DNA of 16,589 bases from an uncultured Aquificales bacterium (GTDB lineage: Bacteria > Thermosulfidibacterota > Thermosulfidibacteria > Thermosulfidibacterales > Thermosulfidibacteraceae), in NCBI GenBank assembly GCA_964453345.1, contig CAYVOC010000030.1, forward strand, positions 1 through 16,589. Reading direction: 5' to 3'. This document shows, piece after piece, positions 1 to 8,146 of this stretch (the stretch's first letter is position 1; each line of letters opens with the position of its first letter). The position numbers and the translations under genes were made by a program. Under the pieces are notes generated by a model that made no database searches, was not told where the DNA came from, and was given only the letters and a program-made list of their open reading frames with translations.

Positions 1-2
1 CG

Positions 3-575
3 ATCTTTCCCTTCTTCTCCTTCTGCCCCTACTGCGGCTCTTCCCTCTCCTTTGGCGGGGATCCTCCCCGTCCCCGATGTGGATCCTGCGGCTATGTCCA
101 GTATCTCAACCCCACCGTTGGCGTTGCCGTAGTTCTAATTGAGGGGGGAAAGATCCTGCTTGGTAAAAGGAACAGGCCACCCTTCGCTGGTTTGTGGTGC
201 ATCCCCTGCGGGCATGTTGAGTGGGGCGAGGATGTTAGGGAGGCTGCAAGGAGGGAGTTTCTGGAGGAGACGGGGCTTGAGGTGGAGGTGGGAGAGGTCC
301 TTGAGGTGCTTTCCAACTTCCACAATCCCCTCTCTCTAACTGTGGGCGTCTGGTTCTGGGGGCGGAGGGTGGGGGGCAGACTGAGAGCCGGTGACGATCT
401 GGACGAGGTGGGATTCTTTCCCGTTGATCGTATAGATGTGCCGCTGGCTTTCCCAACGGACGAAAAGGTGATAAAGAAAGTAAAAAACCTTTTGCAGGAG
501 GGTGGCCATGAAGATGCTGCTTGCGGGAGAGTGGGTGGACAGAGACGAAAAGATAGAGGTAAGAAACCCCTATGA
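3..575 (+). CDS. Zinc-ribbon Nudix hydrolase (5'-truncated by window edge)
   Basis: Frame 3 is open from the window start: [14 protein letters not shown]...[22 protein letters not shown] (two CxxC, Zn ribbon). It carries a complete Nudix box [23 protein letters not shown] (Gx5Ex7REUxEExGU) and a typical 'LAFPTD' near the C-terminus. The ORF-track start at 192 is internal. Confidence 0.9.
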   Translation: MFPFFSFCPYCGSSLSFGGDPPRPRCGSCGYVQYLNPTVGVAVVLIEGGKILLGKRNRPPFAGLWCIPCGHVEWGEDVREAARREFLEETGLEVEVGEVLEVLSNFHNPLSLTVGVWFWGRRVGGRLRAGDDLDEVGFFPVDRIDVPLAFPTDEKVIKKVKNLLQEGGHEDAACGRVGGQRRKDRGKKPL

Positions 576-1923
576 TAACAGTTTAATAGATACTGTTCCC
601 AAGGCCACGCCCGGGGATGTTGAAACGGCGGTTGAGGCTGCCAGGAAGGGTCAGAAAGAGATGGCGTCCCTTTCCGCCTACGAGCGCTATGAGATACTCA
701 AAAGGGCTGCCGAGATAATGGAGAGAAGAAAGGAGGAGCTTGCCACCCTTGTTTCCAAGGAGGTGGGCAAGACCATAAGGGAGGCGAGGGGTGAGATAGC
801 AAGGGCACTTCAGACCCTCACCCTTTCTGCCGAGGAGGCGAAGAGGCTGACAGGAGAGGAGGTTCGCTTTGATGCGGCCCCCACGGGCAAGGGCAAGGTG
901 GGCATGTATATAAGGGTTCCCGTGGGGATTGTGGCGGCGATCACCCCCTTCAACTTTCCCGTCAATCTTGCCATGCACAAGATAGCGCCGGCGCTTGCGG
1001 CCGGTAATGCGGTGATCTTGAAGCCGCCTTCCGTGACTCCCCTTTCCAGCATACTTATGGCCGAGATCTTCCTTGAGGCCGGCGTTCCTCCTCTGGCCTT
1101 CCAGGTGATAACCGGTCCCGGCGGAACGGTGGGGGAGGCCTTGGCCGCCCATCCTGGGGTGAGGAAGGTCTCCTTCACCGGAAGCAGGGAGGTGGGCAAG
1201 AGGATCATGAGCGTTGCAGGCTTTAAGAAGTGCACCATGGAGTTAGGATCCAACTCCGCCGTAATCGTCTGTGAAGACGCCGAGCTTGACAAGGCCTTTC
1301 CGAGGGTGGTGCTTGCCGCCTATGCCCTTGCGGGCCAGGTCTGCATATCCGTCCAGAGGATATTCGTCCACAGAAGCCTCTTTGACGAGTTTGTGGACAG
1401 GTATGTTGAAAAGGCAAAATCTTTAAAGGTGGGCGATCAGCTGAAGGAGGAGACCGATGTGGGACCCTTGGTGGAGGAGAAGGAGGCGAAGAGGGTCAGG
1501 GAGTGGATAGACGAGGCGGTGGAGAAGGGGGCCAAGTTGCTCACAGGCGGCGAGGTTGATGGGGCGCTTATGACCCCTGCCGTTGTGGTGGACTGTCCGA
1601 AGGATACGAAGCTCTTCAGGAGCGAGGCCTTTGGTCCGGTTGTTCTGATCAATCCCGTTGACAGTCTTGAGGAGGCCATAGCGGAGGCCAACGATTCCGT
1701 TTACGGCCTGCAGGCGGGAATCTACACGAAGAACCTTTATTATGCCTGGAAGGCGGCCTATGAGGTTGAGGTGGGCGGGGTTATCATAAACGATGTTCCC
1801 ACCTTCAGGGTGGATATAATGCCCTACGGCGGCGTAAAAGAATCTGGCATAGGTAGGGAGGGACCCAGATACGCCATAGAGGAGATGACAGAGATAAAGC
1901 TAATCTGCTTCGATGTTTCCTGA
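508..1923 (+). CDS. NAD(P)-dependent aldehyde dehydrogenase family protein
   Basis: Motifs ITPFNFP, KP, FTGS, MELGSN (catalytic Glu), GQVCIS (catalytic Cys), EAFGPV and [19 protein letters not shown] at 497-501 lies 6 nt before ATG 508. Confidence 0.95.
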   Translation: MKMLLAGEWVDRDEKIEVRNPYDNSLIDTVPKATPGDVETAVEAARKGQKEMASLSAYERYEILKRAAEIMERRKEELATLVSKEVGKTIREARGEIARALQTLTLSAEEAKRLTGEEVRFDAAPTGKGKVGMYIRVPVGIVAAITPFNFPVNLAMHKIAPALAAGNAVILKPPSVTPLSSILMAEIFLEAGVPPLAFQVITGPGGTVGEALAAHPGVRKVSFTGSREVGKRIMSVAGFKKCTMELGSNSAVIVCEDAELDKAFPRVVLAAYALAGQVCISVQRIFVHRSLFDEFVDRYVEKAKSLKVGDQLKEETDVGPLVEEKEAKRVREWIDEAVEKGAKLLTGGEVDGALMTPAVVVDCPKDTKLFRSEAFGPVVLINPVDSLEEAIAEANDSVYGLQAGIYTKNLYYAWKAAYEVEVGGVIINDVPTFRVDIMPYGGVKESGIGREGPRYAIEEMTEIKLICFDVS

Positions 1924-1933
1924 AAAACTTTTC

Positions 1934-1963
1934 GGGTGCGGGTTGCACACCCGCACCCCTTTT
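1934..1963. terminator. Intrinsic terminator hairpin between convergent ALDH and diguanylate cyclase genes
   Basis: Perfect 10-bp stem GGGTGCGGGT (1934-1943) / ACCCGCACCC (1949-1958) with a 5-nt loop, followed by CTTTT on +. An A-run at 1923-1927 could give a displaced U-tract on -. Confidence 0.75.
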
Positions 1964-3812
1964 ACGCCACCACCACCCTGTTTCTCCCGCTTCTTTTGGC
2001 CCTGTATAGGGCCTTGTCGGCTTCCTTTATGCATTTTTTGATGATTTCGACCATGTTTTTACAGTTGGGATCTTCCGCGTTCCAGCAGGCGGTTTTAACA
2101 CCGATGCTCACGGTTATCTGGATTTTCTTTTTGCCCACCCTTACTGGCTGGGCTTCTATCTTAGATCTTATTCTTTCCGCCACCGCCTTTCCCGCCCTGG
2201 GATCTGTGCTGTCGAAGGCTACCAGGAACTCTTCGCCCCCGTATCTTCCCATGACATCGTAGGGTCTCAGGCAACTCTTCACGGTTTCAGCCACTCTCTT
2301 TAAAACGGCGTCCCCTACGGGATGTCCAAAGGTGTCGTTTACCTTTTTGAATCTGTCCAGGTCTATCATAAGTATGTGAACGCAGCTTCTGCTTCTACAG
2401 CTCCTTTCAAAAAGCTCTTTGAGCTTGGCCATCAAAGCTTCCCTGTTGAAGAACTTTGTCAGGGGATCGTAACTCATCAGGGTTGACCAGTCCTGTATCT
2501 CCACAAGAACTATGACCACTAAAAGATTGAAGACTATCCATATAAGCAGGGTCTCTCTTTCGTAGATGTTGATGATGTTTAGGGGAGCTATCTTGAGTAT
2601 GTAGTATTCCGTGTTCGGTATAGTGGCCTTCACGGCGGTGTAGCATTCCTTGGGGTTTCTTTTGTTGCATATTATGTTCTGTCCCCTTGGGACGAAGATC
2701 TGGCCCCTGTAGGCGGTGTTGCCCAGAATCTTTTCCTTTAGGATTTGCCTTAACAGATCTTCTTTGCAATATATGCATGTTCCTACGAACCTTTCCGGTC
2801 CCTCAATGACGAGGCCGCTTTTATCGAGTAGAAGGAAGTTTCCCTGGAAGATGTTGATGGGGAAAATTGAACTGAGGGAGTATTTGAACACCATAACCCC
2901 CGCTATTTTTCCCGAGTGCCAGTAGGGGAAGGCGAAGGAGAGGCCTGTTATGTTGGTGATTAGCCCCCTTGATATGTAAACGCTGGGTTTTCCGGATATC
3001 GCCCTTTTGAAGTAGGGCCTGAAGCTGAAGTTTCTGCCCGTCGGTTCGGGCATGGACGAGACCCTCACCACGCCCCGATCGTCCACAAAGTAGGCGATAT
3101 CGCTTTTGTAAAGGTCCCTCAGAAGGTGTAGGTATAGGATAGATCTTTTGTCGGTGGGGTTCAGTATGACCTTTCGGGTTTCTTTCATGAGAAGGGCCGA
3201 TTTGAGCAGGCGTTTAAAATAGTTTATCCTGAACATGAACGCGCTGGATGCCTTTTTCGCATCCATCAGATTTCTCACCGCTATTTGGGACTGATAGTTG
3301 TTGATGAGGGTAACCACGGTATATCCGGATACGAAGGTGAAAATGGCGTATAGTATGCATATCTTTTCTGCTATTCCGGGAAAGAGTAGGAAGGAAAAGA
3401 GTTTTATAAACAGATAGCAGCTTATCAAAAATACGGCAATTGATAAGAAAACATGCGGATTTACAAGATTCTCCACTGCTGAAATCAGCGCTATTGCGGG
3501 GATAATGACATAAAATTTCCTGTCCTTTATGTGCAATTTTATTTTTAAATAAGCCATGGTGATTAGCGAGATAGCGACTATGAGCAGGGCGTTTGTTCTT
3601 GCGGGAAAGATTCCCAATAGCTCTGCGAATCTTGATAGGATCAGAACGGCTGTGGTTGTGAGTATCGCCTGTATGTAGGGGGTGTTGTGGGTTCTCTTCT
3701 CTATTATGCTTACTATCATCAGCGATAGGTATAGAAGGGAAAAGGTCACGGTTGCGATGTTTAGGAAGTTGACCCACAGCTTGCTGTATTCTATAAAGAC
3801 TATGCTTGTCAT
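1962..3812 (-). CDS. Membrane-bound diguanylate cyclase (multi-TM N-terminus, dCache-like sensor, GGDEF)
   Basis: C-terminal YDPLTKFFNR, MIDLDRFKKVNDTFGHPVGDAVL and RYGGEEF, with an RxxD I-site (RPYD) and ADKALYRAKRSGRNRV. The Cache signature is GRNFSFRPYFKRA...G. About 6 hydrophobic segments lie in the first 170 aa and one more precedes the GGDEF domain. Confidence 0.93.
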   Translation of the reverse strand: MTSIVFIEYSKLWVNFLNIATVTFSLLYLSLMIVSIIEKRTHNTPYIQAILTTTAVLILSRFAELLGIFPARTNALLIVAISLITMAYLKIKLHIKDRKFYVIIPAIALISAVENLVNPHVFLSIAVFLISCYLFIKLFSFLLFPGIAEKICILYAIFTFVSGYTVVTLINNYQSQIAVRNLMDAKKASSAFMFRINYFKRLLKSALLMKETRKVILNPTDKRSILYLHLLRDLYKSDIAYFVDDRGVVRVSSMPEPTGRNFSFRPYFKRAISGKPSVYISRGLITNITGLSFAFPYWHSGKIAGVMVFKYSLSSIFPINIFQGNFLLLDKSGLVIEGPERFVGTCIYCKEDLLRQILKEKILGNTAYRGQIFVPRGQNIICNKRNPKECYTAVKATIPNTEYYILKIAPLNIINIYERETLLIWIVFNLLVVIVLVEIQDWSTLMSYDPLTKFFNREALMAKLKELFERSCRSRSCVHILMIDLDRFKKVNDTFGHPVGDAVLKRVAETVKSCLRPYDVMGRYGGEEFLVAFDSTDPRAGKAVAERIRSKIEAQPVRVGKKKIQITVSIGVKTACWNAEDPNCKNMVEIIKKCIKEADKALYRAKRSGRNRVVVA

Positions 3813-4882
3813 TTGATTATTACCTCATCTGCGATGTTCAGAAGATTATCCTTGGGAGGTAGGCCGCATTCTACCGTTCTGTTGAAGTTTATTACCACCT
3901 CAAAATCTTTAGCCCTTTCCACTGGGATTTCCTCGATCCCCTCTCCGAGGATGATCTTTGCTGCCATCTTTCCCGCCTGATAGCCCATCATTTGAAAATC
4001 TACCCCTATCCCTCCGAAAAGACCGATCTGGGCTGCCCCTCTTGCGTTCGGAAATAGATCGGGCTTTTTGATCCACTTTTTTATATATTGGGCCACTTCT
4101 GTGAAGGATACCTGTTTGTTGTGCGCATCGTCCCTTATGGACATAACGAAGGGGAAGTAGCCGCAGACTTCCCGGTCTTCTTGCAAAGTTTTTAGGGCCT
4201 TTTTGAGATCCGAGAGGGTGGACACCTCTATGAACTGTTTTATCCTGCCCTTCAGATCCGTTCCCTCAAGCTCCTCCCTCAGCTGCTCTTTGAGAATCCT
4301 GCCGACTGCGTCGCTTGAATATACCACGGCGAATTTGCAGCTGTTGTCGTCCATCCACTCGTCAAGGAACCTGATGGCTTCCTGCGAGAAGATGTATTCG
4401 TAAACCCCGGTGACATTCTTTGCAGGTCTGCTTCCTTTGAACAGGTGGTATTCCTCGTTGTAGTATTTCAGAGGCCTGTTGACCCCTGAGAACACGATAT
4501 AGGGAGGCCCCTCTCGGCCGAGGAAATGTTCCAGTGCGACCCTGAAGGCGGGATCGTCTATGGTGATGATGATGTAGGGATCAAAGAGATTGATCCGCTT
4601 TATTGCTTCCTCTATTCTTCTTTTCAGGCGTTTTCCCTTGAGGTGTCTTGTATCCAGCCAGAAGTCTTCTACTGTGAGTCTTCCCACCGTTTCGGAGTTC
4701 AGGGCTTCTTTAACCCCTCTGTATTGCATGTCCCCGCAGATGTCTCCCCTGTGGTAGGAGGAGAGGATGAAGATCTTTACGCTCTTTTTAATTTCCATCT
4801 GGCTTTGCTGTATGATGAGGTATAGGATGAAAAGGGAGATGGAGAGAAGGCAGAAGAGCAATATGAACCTGTGAAGTCTCAA
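3809..4882 (-). CDS. Periplasmic substrate-binding protein (ABC_sub_bind-like, type I PBP fold)
   Basis: N-terminal signal/anchor, ILSSYH, IITIDDPA, IVFSGVN, NVTGVYE and MGYQAGKMAAKIILGE...IPVE...VINF, all typical of this family. TTG start preceded by GGAGGTG. ATGA 4-bp overlap with the DGC. Confidence 0.8.
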   Translation of the reverse strand: MRLHRFILLFCLLSISLFILYLIIQQSQMEIKKSVKIFILSSYHRGDICGDMQYRGVKEALNSETVGRLTVEDFWLDTRHLKGKRLKRRIEEAIKRINLFDPYIIITIDDPAFRVALEHFLGREGPPYIVFSGVNRPLKYYNEEYHLFKGSRPAKNVTGVYEYIFSQEAIRFLDEWMDDNSCKFAVVYSSDAVGRILKEQLREELEGTDLKGRIKQFIEVSTLSDLKKALKTLQEDREVCGYFPFVMSIRDDAHNKQVSFTEVAQYIKKWIKKPDLFPNARGAAQIGLFGGIGVDFQMMGYQAGKMAAKIILGEGIEEIPVERAKDFEVVINFNRTVECGLPPKDNLLNIADEVIIK

Positions 4883-4912
4883 GCAGCACCTCCGTGAACC
4901 CTGGGAATTTGG

Positions 4913-4942
4913 TTAATAGAATAGAGAGGATCTATATGTCAA
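4913..4942 (-). promoter_or_regulatory. Putative sigma70-type promoter for the SBP-DGC pair
   Basis: Perfect TTGACA (4942-4937), an 18-nt spacer and a weak -10 TATTAA (4918-4913) within the 83-bp intergenic gap. Confidence 0.4.
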
Positions 4943-4965
4943 GAGGTGCATGTTAAATGATGTTA

Positions 4966-5787
4966 TCACAAACCTGTTTCGGTTAGAATTTTAAAAGTTC
5001 CGTTGTCGTATTTTATCAGCAGCCCCTTTAGCGCATCCACCCTTTTGATGTTGCTGCGGTATATCTGCCAGAAGAAGGCGGCAAATAGATCCTTTGTGGA
5101 TGGCATTTTAACGAACACGGGATCCTCTATGATGAGATCTATGTATTTGATTCTTTTGAGATTGGCCCTTCTGTATGTCAACCAGCCTTTCAGGTTTCCG
5201 TATCTGTTTCTGAAGTTCTCATGGTAAAACTTTGCGTAGGCATCAAAGTTGTTTTTTATGTTCATCCAGGCGATTTGCCAGCTGTTCAGGAAGCTGAGCA
5301 GTTGCTTCGGGTAGAGGGTTTCCTCTTCCCCTTCGGCCACCACAAGCAGTTCGCACCTCAGGGGCAGGTAGGCCTCCCTGTAGTTCCCGTTTCGGAACAG
5401 GCACAGAAATCTTCTCGCCTTTATCTTGTGGCATGCGCAGTTTTTGAGGCCCGCCCTTTTCACCCTGTAGAGTATTCTTCTTTTCACCCTTTTGCTCAGC
5501 TTTTCCGGGTTGGAATCGGCAAAGGCGAGAACTTTCTTCTCTTTTAGCAGAACTATGTAGGTGTGTCTGTTTTGGGTTATCACGAAGGGGATTTTGCTTT
5601 TCAAGAGCACAGGTTTTTTAGGGGATTCCGTTTTGTTTTCCGATTTTGGCGGGGTTTTTTTAGGGATGGGTGAAGCCTCCTTGTGCTCGGGCGGCTTTGA
5701 TGTGAGGTAGTGGTATAGTTTAACGGAAAAGGAGACGAAGGAGATGAGCGCCACTGCGGCGATTGCGTAAAGGATGAGCCTGCGCAT
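4966..5787 (-). CDS. Membrane-anchored exported protein with C-terminal NTF2-like (Csd6 C-terminal-like) domain
   Basis: N-terminal TM followed by a Pro/Lys-rich linker. The C-terminal pattern W-x3-W...DAY..FY...F......W....R...F.QIY.S.......K.L......FKILTE resembles the NTF2-like domain found on Csd6-type L,D-transpeptidases. Confidence 0.6.
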   Translation of the reverse strand: MRRLILYAIAAVALISFVSFSVKLYHYLTSKPPEHKEASPIPKKTPPKSENKTESPKKPVLLKSKIPFVITQNRHTYIVLLKEKKVLAFADSNPEKLSKRVKRRILYRVKRAGLKNCACHKIKARRFLCLFRNGNYREAYLPLRCELLVVAEGEEETLYPKQLLSFLNSWQIAWMNIKNNFDAYAKFYHENFRNRYGNLKGWLTYRRANLKRIKYIDLIIEDPVFVKMPSTKDLFAAFFWQIYRSNIKRVDALKGLLIKYDNGTFKILTETGL

Positions 5788-5797
5788 GGTTTTTGGT

Positions 5798-5819
5798 TAG
5801 GGGGGCATGCGGCCCCCTA
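5798..5819. other. GC-rich inverted repeat directly after the octaheme cytochrome stop
   Basis: TAGGGGG (5798-5804) / CCCCCTA (5813-5819). There is no U-tract on the - strand, so it is more likely a stabilising or pausing hairpin than a terminator. Confidence 0.4.
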
Positions 5820-7046
5820 TTTGTGGGCCGCATGCTTTCTCATGCACTCCGCCATGTGCTTTATCTTCACGAGGGTCTCCTTCATCTTGGCGTATCCATA
5901 CCAGGTGGTGTAGTCGGGCATTATGTGGAAGGCTGCCTGGTAGGTCTTCATGCGGTAGTCCATGAACATCTCATACAGAAGCTCCTCTATGGGCGTTTCC
6001 ACCTCGTAGAAGGTGAGAAGATCGGGGTAGGGCCAGGTGAAGGGCTTTTTCTTGGGCTTTATTATGCCGTCCTTGTAGAGGTCCCTCACGATGTCTATGG
6101 CCTCGGCAAATATTTTGTCCGCAGCCTTTATCATGAGGTCTGCGTTTTTGAGGTTTTCCCTGGCAAAGTTCTCGGAATGGCACCTCTTGCAGACGGCGAC
6201 CATCCTCTCCCTTTCCCTCTTCCAGTCTTCGGCGGTCAATCTTGCGAGCTTTGCCTTCTTGACGATTTCCAGGCGCTTGGTGGGCTTCCCGTTGGCATCG
6301 AGGACGCCCAGGGCCTTCAGTATCTCAACCCTGTATTTCATCCACTCCTTGTCGGGCTCAGGAAGCCTGAGGGCCAGAAAGCCCCACGCCGTCATAACCC
6401 TGTGGTCCCCGTTGGGCATGTGGCAGTCCTGGCAGGTGGGTCCCCTGTGGGCCTTTCTGTCGGTGACGTAGGCTGCGCCGTGCTTGGAGTGGAACCACAT
6501 CTCCCACTGGGCGTGGTCAAAGCCGGTGTGGCAGCTGTTGCAGGCTTCAGGTTCCCTTGCCTCCTTGACGGAGAAGGCGTGTCTTGTGTGGCAGTTCTGG
6601 CAGTCCATGCCGTATTTGTAATACTTTCTGTATTCCACGGCGTGCCTGACCTTGTCGTCCACTATGCCCAGGTTGTGGCAGCCGTTGCAGCCCTTCTGCC
6701 CCGCAATGAAGGCCTTGGGCTGCGTGTGGGCGAACTCCGGAAAGGCCACAACGGGAAGAAGTCCCAGGGCGTGCTTTCCGGACATGTATTGCTTCACCTG
6801 ATTTCTGTGGCACCTTTTGCATGTGCTGATGGTGGGAAGCTTTGCCTTGTCCGCATCCTTGGCGGTTTTGTGGGCGCTTCCGTGACAGGACTTGCAGGTG
6901 AGCCTCTTTGCCATCTTGCCCCGGTTGAAGTCTTTGACGATTTCCGGGGTCACCTTTTTGTGGCAGTCCTCACAGGAAGAGGGACGGGCCAAAGATGGTC
7001 CGGAAATGAGCAGAACCAGGGCCACCAGTAGACTGAACACTCTCAT
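5817..7046 (-). CDS. Octaheme c-type cytochrome, hydroxylamine oxidoreductase (HAO) family, reductive type
   Basis: Sec signal peptide and eight CxxCH motifs (CEDCH, CKSCH, CKRCH, CNGCH, CQNCH, CNSCH, CQDCH, CKRCH). HAO-family signatures CHTRHxFS..xA..PExC..CHxGFDH...W..SKHG and PTCQDCHM, plus C-terminal FHIMPDYTTWYG. SD GGGAGG. Confidence 0.9.
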   Translation of the reverse strand: MRVFSLLVALVLLISGPSLARPSSCEDCHKKVTPEIVKDFNRGKMAKRLTCKSCHGSAHKTAKDADKAKLPTISTCKRCHRNQVKQYMSGKHALGLLPVVAFPEFAHTQPKAFIAGQKGCNGCHNLGIVDDKVRHAVEYRKYYKYGMDCQNCHTRHAFSVKEAREPEACNSCHTGFDHAQWEMWFHSKHGAAYVTDRKAHRGPTCQDCHMPNGDHRVMTAWGFLALRLPEPDKEWMKYRVEILKALGVLDANGKPTKRLEIVKKAKLARLTAEDWKRERERMVAVCKRCHSENFARENLKNADLMIKAADKIFAEAIDIVRDLYKDGIIKPKKKPFTWPYPDLLTFYEVETPIEELLYEMFMDYRMKTYQAAFHIMPDYTTWYGYAKMKETLVKIKHMAECMRKHAAHK

Positions 7047-7057
7047 TTCAAACCTCC

Positions 7058-7336
7058 CTATTCATATTCGAATTCTACCCATACGCCGTGGTTGGAGAGC
7101 TTTTGCCTTTCGATCTCCACGGCTTCCCATATGGAGTTGAGCAGATCAAGGTATTTGGCAAGCACCTTGAGATGCACGTTGTTTATGTGGGAGAGACCGT
7201 CTTCTCCGCATTCGGGGCATGTGAAGATGGGGGTGGGACTCTTCTTGACCCACTCCAAGAGCCTTTCCAGTTCCACAACCTCTCCGTGCTCCTTGCCGCA
7301 TATGTTGCATTTGAACTTTATGGCCTTCACCTTCAT
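7058..7336 (-). CDS. Small zinc-ribbon/rubredoxin-like hypothetical protein (92 aa)
   Basis: FKCNICG ... FTCPECG followed by a helical C-terminus. A strong SD AGGAGGTG 6 nt upstream of ATG 7336 favours this start over GTG 7345. Confidence 0.75.
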   Translation of the reverse strand: MKVKAIKFKCNICGKEHGEVVELERLLEWVKKSPTPIFTCPECGEDGLSHINNVHLKVLAKYLDLLNSIWEAVEIERQKLSNHGVWVEFEYE

Positions 7337-7365
7337 GGCTGGCACCTCCTTTAAAATTTTGTGTT

Positions 7366-7394
7366 ATTCTACCATGCCAGCCAGCCGCCGTCCA
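7366..7394 (-). promoter_or_regulatory. Putative internal sigma70 promoter for the Zn-ribbon and octaheme cytochrome genes
   Basis: TGGACG (7394-7389), 17 nt, then TAGAAT (7371-7366) with an extended TGn motif. It overlaps the SDR stop codon. Confidence 0.55.
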
Positions 7395-8133
7395 CCACAA
7401 GGCAGTGTCCTGTTATATAAGACGCCATGGGAGATGCCAGAAACAACACCGCATTTGCTACCTCATCGGGAGAGCCGAATCTTGACATGGGTATCCTGGA
7501 TATGAGCTGTTTTCTTATTCCCTCTATGGACTGGACGCCCGCCGTCATATCGGTTGTGATGAAGCCGGGGCAGATTGCGTTTACCCTTATGCCGAAGGGT
7601 GCCCACTCCACCGCCAGGGATTTGGTGAAGGTGGTCATGGCGCCCTTGGTGGCGGTGTAAACCGCTATTTTTGCCATGCCCACAATCCCCACGATGGAGG
7701 ATATGTTGATCGTGGACGGGTCCTCGCCCCTTTTCAGCAGCTCAAAGGCGGCCTTGCAACAGTAAAACATCCCCTTGACATTGACATCCAGCATGAAGTC
7801 CCAGTCCCTTTCGGGGCTTTTGACGAAGGATGTGAAATGAGGGCTGACTCCCGCATTGTTGACCAAAATGTCGAGCTTCCCCTCTTTTTCTTCTATCAAA
7901 TCGAACAGGCTTTGCACGTCTTCCTGTCTTGAGACATCGCATCTTTTTATCACAGGTTCGGGCCAGCCTGCTTCTGATATCTCTTTGCAAAGGTTCTCTA
8001 ATAGCTCCTGGTTTCTCCCCACGGCGTAAACCTTGGCTCCTGCTTCGGCAAGTTTTTTGGCTATGGCCTTGCCTATTCCCCTTGTGGCTCCCGTAACGAC
8101 GGCGACTTTGCCTGAAAGGTCTATCTCTACCAT
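7369..8133 (-). CDS. Classical short-chain dehydrogenase/reductase (FabG/KduD-like)
   Basis: TGATRGIG, LDILVNNAG, NISS, YTATK (YxxxK), IRVNAICPG and VDGG. SD GAGGAGGTG 6 nt before ATG 8133. Confidence 0.93.
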   Translation of the reverse strand: MVEIDLSGKVAVVTGATRGIGKAIAKKLAEAGAKVYAVGRNQELLENLCKEISEAGWPEPVIKRCDVSRQEDVQSLFDLIEEKEGKLDILVNNAGVSPHFTSFVKSPERDWDFMLDVNVKGMFYCCKAAFELLKRGEDPSTINISSIVGIVGMAKIAVYTATKGAMTTFTKSLAVEWAPFGIRVNAICPGFITTDMTAGVQSIEGIRKQLISRIPMSRFGSPDEVANAVLFLASPMASYITGHCLVVDGGWLAW

Positions 8134-8146
8134 GCTTTTCACCTCC

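Noticed and set aside
5420-5445. 'NCACH' as a possible heme-binding motif in the 273-aa protein
   Set aside because: It is CxCH, not CxxCH, and there is no other cytochrome evidence.
5793-7031. 412-aa ORF on the + strand
   Set aside because: Codon-aligned antisense shadow of the octaheme cytochrome gene. It has no SD and no motifs, and the V/G/L/H-rich composition is typical of shadow frames.
5817-7046. Calling the cytochrome NrfA, ONR/OTR, or evidence of ammonia oxidation
   Set aside because: No CxxCK motif, the heme spacing and motifs are HAO-like, the cross-link Tyr is absent, and no amo/cycAB genes are in the window.
7369-8133. Naming the SDR fabG
   Set aside because: Only generic SDR motifs are present. 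It has YTATK rather than the FabG-typical GQxNYAASK, and there are no fab genes nearby.
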